Virus record (IMG/VR): IMGVR_UViG_3300047561_001431 | Coordinates: 1-31,008 of that record | Source: a virus | Taxonomy: Duplodnaviria; Caudoviricetes | Strand: one strand, 5' to 3' | Length of the DNA stretch: 31,008 nucleotides | In this document: one piece after another, positions 25,137 through 31,008 of the stretch | How positions within the stretch are numbered: position 1 is the first letter of the stretch | Layout: every line of letters starts with the position of its first letter | Notes under the pieces: generated by a model | What the model saw: only the letters and a program-made list of their open reading frames with translations | The model's database searches: none | What the model was told of the DNA's origin: nothing | Made by a program: the position numbers and the translations under genes

Positions 25137-28100
25137 TACATCTCCAATTCTATTAATTGTCTTATCGTTGCCTCTATCTTAGAAGAAGCACTTATATTAA
25201 ACTTGTAAATAACTTTGTGTCTACCTGCTTTACACTGAAGTAAAACTGGTTTATCACCTTTTGAGTTATTAATTATATCATATATTTTTTCTAAAGTTTT
25301 ATAACTAATATCATCTTTGATATCAATGATTATAGCTTTACCAGCAGAAAATAAATGACTGTCAATTTTTTCATAATCATTAAGGAATATTTTGGGTACA
25401 GAGTTTTCTTCGTCACCATCTTTAGTCAACATTCCAGATATAACAACAGCACTGCCTGGTGATAGATCCTCTTCAGGAATATTTTGAGCTGACTTTGGAA
25501 ACACAATAATTTCTACATCCGAACCAATGTCTTCTACCGTAAACTTATACATTTTCTGACCCTTTTTGGTCATCATAGACTTAAAGGATGTGATGATTCC
25601 ACCAACTTTTACATTTATACCAGTTTGTATTTCATTAAGATCTAACATCTCTGTAGAAATTTTCTTTGATATAACATCCCATATACCCATTACTGGATGA
25701 TTTGTAACATATATTCCAAGTTCTTCTTTTTCTTTTTCTAAAATATTTAACTCCTCTAAACGAGTAAAGGAATCAGAACTATTAGGAATCAGTTCATCAA
25801 AAGCCCCTGCATAAGCGAGGTGTTCAATAGTTGTTTTCTTGAGAATAACAGGATCACATCTTCTAAAGAAATCGTTGATACCAATATATGGATTAGCTTT
25901 ATCTCTACCGTTAACTACCGCATCAGCTATAGATGATCCAATACCACTTATGGCAGAAAGTCCAAATATAATTGAATTGTTATTGTAGACTTCAAAGTCT
26001 ATTCCAGAATAATTGATGGAAGGTGGAAGAACATTAATATTAAGTTTTCTGCAATCGTATAGATATAATGATTGCTTTTCTTTGTTACCAACAACAGAAG
26101 ACATGAGGGCTGCCATATATTCAATTGTATAATTTGTCTTTAAATATGCTGTTATATAGCTAACCATTGCATAGCTAGCTGCGTGTGCTCTGTTAAATCC
26201 ATATCCACCAAAGTACTCAATCTCTGAGAATATTTTATTAGCTAAAGTTTCGGTGATACCTGAACTTTTAATGCATCCGTCAACAAACATTGATCGCATC
26301 TTAGGAATTTTTTCCATCTGCTTTTTACCAATGACTTTGCGAAGATCATCTGCTTCAGCAGAAGTGAACCCGGCTAGCTCTCTAGCTACACCTAAAACAT
26401 CTTCCTGATAGAGCATGATCCCCAGCGAAGGTGCTAGAACTTTTTCAAGTTTAGGATGTTCGTACTTAACTTTGCTCTTGCCATTTTTTCTATCAATGTA
26501 TTGTTTATCCATACCAGAACCCATTGGACCTGGACGATATAATGAAATCAAAGCCATGATATCTTCGATGGTCCTAGGCTGGATAGCCAACATCATGTTT
26601 CGCATACCTGAAGACTCAAGCTGAAAAACTCCAACACTGTTACCTTTACAAAGTTCATCAAATGTTTTTGAATCATCTAATGGCACTTTATCTATGTCTA
26701 CAACTATTCCTCGGTGCTTTTGAATGAGCTGCAGGCATGAATCAATAACACCCAGGTTTCTTAAACCCAAGAAGTCAATTTTAAGTAGACCGCACTGTTC
26801 AACTCTGCCCATATCCCATTGTGTAACAATTGGATTATCAGCACCCTTTTTCATAACAGGCAGATAATTGATAAGTTCTTCTCGCGAAATAACAACACCA
26901 GCGGCATGTATTCCCGTCTGACGAACTATCCCCTCTAACCCAAAAGCTGCATCAATAATCTCCTTGCCTTTATCGCTTTCGTTATAGGCAGATTGAAATT
27001 CCTCTACCTGCATACACTCAGCTAAATCCTTGGATACACCCAAGACAGGAGGAGGAACAAGTTTAGCTATTGAGTCTCCATCGATGAAGTCATACCCAAG
27101 GGCTCTAGCAGCATCGCGTATAGATTGTCTCGCACCAGTACGGTTAAAAGTACAAATATGAGCAACATGATCTTCGCCATACTTAGTACGAGCGTAGTTA
27201 ATTACTACATCTCTATATCTATCATCAAAGTCCAAGTCAATATCAGGCATGGATTTTCTACCTTCGACTAAGAATCTTTCAAACATCAATCCAAACTTGA
27301 TTGGATCTAAGTTAGTGATTTTAAATGCATAAGAAAGGATACTGCCAGCAGCAGAACCTCTACCCCATCCAACTCTAATGTTAGAGTTCTTGGCCCATTG
27401 AACTAAATCAGAAACAACTAGAAAGTACTCTGGAAAACCCATATCCTTGACTACACGGAGTTCATAGTTGGCACGGTTGATAATATGAGAAGGAAGAGGA
27501 TCGCCATAACGCTCTTTTAATCCATCCCAAGCTAGTCGCTCAAAGTAATCAATTGAGTTTTCATTGGTTGGTATTGGAAAATTTGGAAAATAATGATCAC
27601 CAAAACTGAGATCAACATCAATCATGTCACAAATAGACATAGTATTTCTAAGCCACTGTTCATCAAATGTCTTCGCCATCTCATCGTATGACTGAAGATA
27701 GAAATTGTCACCACTAAATGAGAATCTATTTTCAGTGTGAACATTGCAGTTAGTAGCAACACACAACATTATGTCATGGGCACGAGCGTCAGACTGATGC
27801 ACATAGTGACAGTCTCCCGTAGGTACAACTGGAGCACCAATGATTGAGGCTATTTTAACTAGGTCATTAAATACCTTATTCTGCTCTGCCAGGCCATGAT
27901 TTTGAACCTCAATAAAGTAGTTTTCTTTACCTACTATATCCTGCATTGTCTTTGCAGACTTGAGAGCAAAATCAAAATCATTTCTCAAAAGTGCTTGAGA
28001 GATCTCACCATTAAGACACCCTGATAATACTATAATTCCATCACTATGTTCTGAAATTAACTGATGATCAATTCTTGGCTTAACATAATAACCCTCTAAA

Positions 28101-28459
28101 TATGATCTAGAAGACATTTTAATAATGTTCTTATAACCAACATTGTTTTTAGCAAGGACAGTTAGATGGTATGGGCCACGTTGTTCCCACTCATTCTTAG
28201 CCGGACCAGATCTTTCTTCTTCATCTCTATCAAACCTAGATTTTCTTGCTTGATAAAACTCTGAACCAAGAATTGGTTTAACGCCGGTAGCCTTACCAGC
28301 ATCATAAAAGTCTAACCATGAGTGAATATTTCCATGGTCAGTAGATGCCAAGCCTTTCATACCTAACTTAGATGCTCTTTCCAGGTACTGTTCAATATCC
28401 CCATGCCCATCAAGCATAGAGAATATAGTATGGTTATGTAGGTTAGTCCAGTTTTTCAC
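25136..28459 (-). CDS. dnaE: DNA polymerase III alpha subunit (family C)
   Basis: PHP (LHNHT..S.LDG, TDHGN, DCH), GRGSAAGS, PDIDLDF, KIDFLGL, YGFNRAHA, HhH and OB fold; no intein. Confidence 0.97.
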   Translation of the reverse strand: MKNWTNLHNHTIFSMLDGHGDIEQYLERASKLGMKGLASTDHGNIHSWLDFYDAGKATGVKPILGSEFYQARKSRFDRDEEERSGPAKNEWEQRGPYHLTVLAKNNVGYKNIIKMSSRSYLEGYYVKPRIDHQLISEHSDGIIVLSGCLNGEISQALLRNDFDFALKSAKTMQDIVGKENYFIEVQNHGLAEQNKVFNDLVKIASIIGAPVVPTGDCHYVHQSDARAHDIMLCVATNCNVHTENRFSFSGDNFYLQSYDEMAKTFDEQWLRNTMSICDMIDVDLSFGDHYFPNFPIPTNENSIDYFERLAWDGLKERYGDPLPSHIINRANYELRVVKDMGFPEYFLVVSDLVQWAKNSNIRVGWGRGSAAGSILSYAFKITNLDPIKFGLMFERFLVEGRKSMPDIDLDFDDRYRDVVINYARTKYGEDHVAHICTFNRTGARQSIRDAARALGYDFIDGDSIAKLVPPPVLGVSKDLAECMQVEEFQSAYNESDKGKEIIDAAFGLEGIVRQTGIHAAGVVISREELINYLPVMKKGADNPIVTQWDMGRVEQCGLLKIDFLGLRNLGVIDSCLQLIQKHRGIVVDIDKVPLDDSKTFDELCKGNSVGVFQLESSGMRNMMLAIQPRTIEDIMALISLYRPGPMGSGMDKQYIDRKNGKSKVKYEHPKLEKVLAPSLGIMLYQEDVLGVARELAGFTSAEADDLRKVIGKKQMEKIPKMRSMFVDGCIKSSGITETLANKIFSEIEYFGGYGFNRAHAASYAMVSYITAYLKTNYTIEYMAALMSSVVGNKEKQSLYLYDCRKLNINVLPPSINYSGIDFEVYNNNSIIFGLSAISGIGSSIADAVVNGRDKANPYIGINDFFRRCDPVILKKTTIEHLAYAGAFDELIPNSSDSFTRLEELNILEKEKEELGIYVTNHPVMGIWDVISKKISTEMLDLNEIQTGINVKVGGIITSFKSMMTKKGQKMYKFTVEDIGSDVEIIVFPKSAQNIPEEDLSPGSAVVISGMLTKDGDEENSVPKIFLNDYEKIDSHLFSAGKAIIIDIKDDISYKTLEKIYDIINNSKGDKPVLLQCKAGRHKVIYKFNISASSKIEATIRQLIELEM

Positions 28460-28659
28460 GAAATACCTCTAGAACGATCTGATCCACCCAATGCTTCATT
28501 GCGTGCTTCTCTATAAACAATGATAACTACACCTCCGCAATACTTGCATGGTACGGAGCTTCCAGCTTGCGCAAAAGGACTATTCTCCATATATCTATCG
28601 GGTTGATCTGACTTACATTCAGAACAAACACCTACAACATCATCTGTATTTTCAACCAT
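28456..28659 (-). CDS. Small zinc-ribbon protein
   Basis: CSEC...CKYCGG; SD GGAGGTG. Confidence 0.75.
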   Translation of the reverse strand: MVENTDDVVGVCSECKSDQPDRYMENSPFAQAGSSVPCKYCGGVVIIVYREARNEALGGSDRSRGIS

Positions 28660-29857
28660 TTCTCACCTCCTTATTTACACTCTTATAAGCAAAACGGATA
28701 GGAGATGGAGAAGACTCTTCTTCTGACTCAACATATTTGTTTCCTATTTTAATCCATTTTTTCTTTTTATCTAAATGGCATTGGCCGCAACCAACGCCCG
28801 CCACATTTGCTCTCTCGCAAGTATAGGGTCTTCCACCTATTCCTAATTGACGACGACGTATCCAGTCGTTTATGTGACTATTGCTTTTTTCTACATTATA
28901 ATCTTCACAATTAGATAAGATCTTATGTAGTAATTCTATTGATTCATCTGTGTAAGTTAGAATTGAACACAAAAAGAGTCTGGCTTCATGATCTAACCAT
29001 TTCTTTTCAATTGCTTGCTTCCATAAAACCTTGATTGCTGGACAGCTCTCAAGTAATCTCTCTTCAGTAAATTCTTTATCTTTATCTTCTACATCTTTAA
29101 ATACGGATGACCCATGCTTATTAAAGTAAGCTAGGAAATCTTTAGATTTTTCTTTTTCAATTTCAAGATTATACGTAAATTCTCTGAACCATTGATTTGC
29201 TGTAGAATTAAAAACTTGATCTTCAACAATGTTAGAGCGTCGAATATCACAGTACTCCTGAATAGAGGAAGAATCATTAATGAGCATATCTTTTGGTATA
29301 AGATTCTTATATAATCCAGTAGATTGATGCCGACTTCCCTCAAGTCTCCACATTCTACGTGCATCATAAACGCTGAAATCTAGAGAAGTTAGATTAAGAT
29401 CTTGCTTTATAGTACTAGCAATGAATCTAAAAATATTAGGAAGATTATTGGACGGATTGATACCTAAAGCTATTGGTTCACACTCTACATGAAATCCCTT
29501 TTTTCCTGTGAAATAAATAAGTATAGCGGAATCTGGAATAAACTTAGATAAATAAAAGTATAGCTTTGTACATTCATAATACGAAACTTCTATATTTTCA
29601 TTATCAATATCAAAATAAAGAGGTCCAAGTCTTACCGCATCATCAAGATTTTCGTCTGTATTATAATTCCAGACAGAAGTATATAGACCTATATTGTTGT
29701 TGTCAGTTCTAAACTTTTCGATGTTATTAACATCCATTAAAAATGGCATATCACCATTCTTAATCCGAACTACCTTATCAAGCTTCGGTACATACTTAGC
29801 AACTTCTACATACTTCCATGAAGAAAGGTATTTGCTATTTTCGGTAGGTAGTTTCAT
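28652..29857 (-). CDS. Archaeo-eukaryotic-type primase with fused PriL-like C-terminal domain
   Basis: AEP motifs YFDID, FTGKKGFH, D.SVY...R.WRL.GS.H; C-terminal CPAI...LDHEARLFL...YTC...GCGQC. Confidence 0.8.
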   Translation of the reverse strand: MKLPTENSKYLSSWKYVEVAKYVPKLDKVVRIKNGDMPFLMDVNNIEKFRTDNNNIGLYTSVWNYNTDENLDDAVRLGPLYFDIDNENIEVSYYECTKLYFYLSKFIPDSAILIYFTGKKGFHVECEPIALGINPSNNLPNIFRFIASTIKQDLNLTSLDFSVYDARRMWRLEGSRHQSTGLYKNLIPKDMLINDSSSIQEYCDIRRSNIVEDQVFNSTANQWFREFTYNLEIEKEKSKDFLAYFNKHGSSVFKDVEDKDKEFTEERLLESCPAIKVLWKQAIEKKWLDHEARLFLCSILTYTDESIELLHKILSNCEDYNVEKSNSHINDWIRRRQLGIGGRPYTCERANVAGVGCGQCHLDKKKKWIKIGNKYVESEEESSPSPIRFAYKSVNKEVRNG

Positions 29858-30042
29858 AGTATTTTCTTTTTAGTGTCTTTATCTTCTAGGCTACAAATGT
29901 TTATTTTATTTGCAATACTAAAGTCTTCAGCGTGAGTTCTATAATAAATTGACTCTTTTATAATCTGCTCTAAATTAGAGATGATATATATTCTTTTAGC
30001 AATCTTTAAATCGGTATCTAGATCAATCTCGCCATTTGTCAT
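29854..30042 (-). CDS. Hypothetical protein
   Basis: 62-aa ORF overlapping both neighbours. Confidence 0.6.
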   Translation of the reverse strand: MTNGEIDLDTDLKIAKRIYIISNLEQIIKESIYYRTHAEDFSIANKINICSLEDKDTKKKIL

Positions 30043-30691
30043 TAATCAGTTCACTATCTTTTATATATGTATGAAGCTTGCTGGCAACATTATCTGAAAC
30101 ATGCATAATATAATCCATATAAGTAATCGGATATGTTTCCGGAACTGGCGACCATGGGCCAAGATGACATCTTACCAATCTTAGAATAGTTTGCATCGTA
30201 TCCTCTGATATGAACAATGATGACGACATACTATCTGATCCGAACTCTTTATCATATCTTTGACAGTCTACAACAAACTGATTAACAGTATATGGATGCA
30301 TAGGATCATAGTGAAATGAGCCAACATCTTCAGATGCGATACCTTTCGTCACATCATGCAACAAGCATGCTGCAAGAATGATATCACGCTCTTCAGTTGA
30401 CAGAGTATAAGAATCAACTATAGTATCTGCAACGCGTACTACTCTTTTTGTATGAAGAACATTACCACCCTCGCCGTGTTCATCCTTTGGATGATACTTG
30501 CCAGAAAAGCTGGATGGAATAACCCAAAAGAGATCTGCTTTCAATAAAATTGAACGCACAAAAGACTTAATTGTTTCATCTGAGATAAGTTCAATTTCAT
30601 CTAAAAGGGGTGTTAATATTTCATTTTCTTGATCAATAATATCTTTTTTATTTTCTACAAGAATTTGATCTAAAAGATTTTTTTTAGTCAT
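30023..30691 (-). CDS. HD-domain phosphohydrolase
   Basis: PSS.SGKYHP, GGNVLHT, ACLLHDVTK, HLGPW, HVSD. Confidence 0.85.
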   Translation of the reverse strand: MTKKNLLDQILVENKKDIIDQENEILTPLLDEIELISDETIKSFVRSILLKADLFWVIPSSFSGKYHPKDEHGEGGNVLHTKRVVRVADTIVDSYTLSTEERDIILAACLLHDVTKGIASEDVGSFHYDPMHPYTVNQFVVDCQRYDKEFGSDSMSSSLFISEDTMQTILRLVRCHLGPWSPVPETYPITYMDYIMHVSDNVASKLHTYIKDSELINDKWRD

Positions 30692-30700
30692 TATAACCAA

Positions 30701-31008
30701 TCACTTAGGTTGGAATTTCCAATTTTTACACTGATCATCAAAAGGACACTTCTTGCAATAAGAAGTAAGACCTCTTCTAGGTACATAAGTTTCTTTAGTA
30801 TATATTGTATCACACCAATACTCTAGTGAATCAATATCTTCTGAAGAAATATCATACTCAATAAAATCTAACTTGTTAGATAAAAGATCTATATATCCAA
30901 ATTTTGTTTCAGCTAATCTACCTGGATGACGATGCTTAAAACCTAGATACATTACAGAAAAATCTGTTTGATATAAATAACTATAATTTGATTTATAATT
31001 AAATAAAA
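30701..31008 (-). CDS. C-terminal part of a second PD-(D/E)XK (Cas4/RecB-like) nuclease-family protein; 5' end outside the window
   Basis: The frame stays open to the right edge; ends PRRGLTSYCKKCPFDDQC. Confidence 0.65.
   Translation of the reverse strand, partial: LFNYKSNYSYLYQTDFSVMYLGFKHRHPGRLAETKFGYIDLLSNKLDFIEYDISSEDIDSLEYWCDTIYTKETYVPRRGLTSYCKKCPFDDQCKNWKFQPK

Noticed and set aside
4927-29367. Other short nested ORFs in the track (4927, 7170, 7396, 11599, 13137, 13998, 15058, 15356, 15608, 16158, 16457, 20097, 20989, 23730, 26415, 29131)
   Set aside because: They overlap well-supported genes and show no recognisable motifs.
30689-30703. In-frame TGA between the nuclease fragment and the HD gene as read-through or recoding
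   Set aside because: The HD gene has its own ATG at 30691, and all long genes are intact in the standard code.

Overview
This 31 kb window looks like part of a large, AT-rich tailed-phage (Caudoviricetes-like) genome. Almost every gene is on the minus strand and reads in the standard code. An actinobacterial host is suggested but unproven (DnaE, RNase HI and lysin style, apparent leaderless promoters). In transcription order (right to left) it contains: (1) a replication/recombination block with two Cas4/RecB-like PD-(D/E)XK nucleases, an HD hydrolase, a fused PriS-PriL-like primase, DnaE, an endonuclease, a phage sigma factor, RNase HI and a dNMP kinase; (2) a membrane protein, eight tiny mostly Lys-rich ORFs and two paralogous M15-like endolysins; (3) tRNA-Ser(GGA) followed by a 17-gene sugar-nucleotide/glycosyltransferase/methyltransferase cluster; (4) a mucin-like protein, two tandem HiPIP-like proteins and a Thr-rich collagen-like tail fibre that runs off the left edge. 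The ORF track missed or truncated several features: the fibre gene, a HAD phosphatase with no canonical start, several micro-ORFs, and the only plus-strand gene, a 57-aa very acidic protein with its own promoter and terminator. An RTTACTATW motif lies 30-35 nt upstream of four late-type genes. All family calls come from motif recognition by eye; no database search was run.
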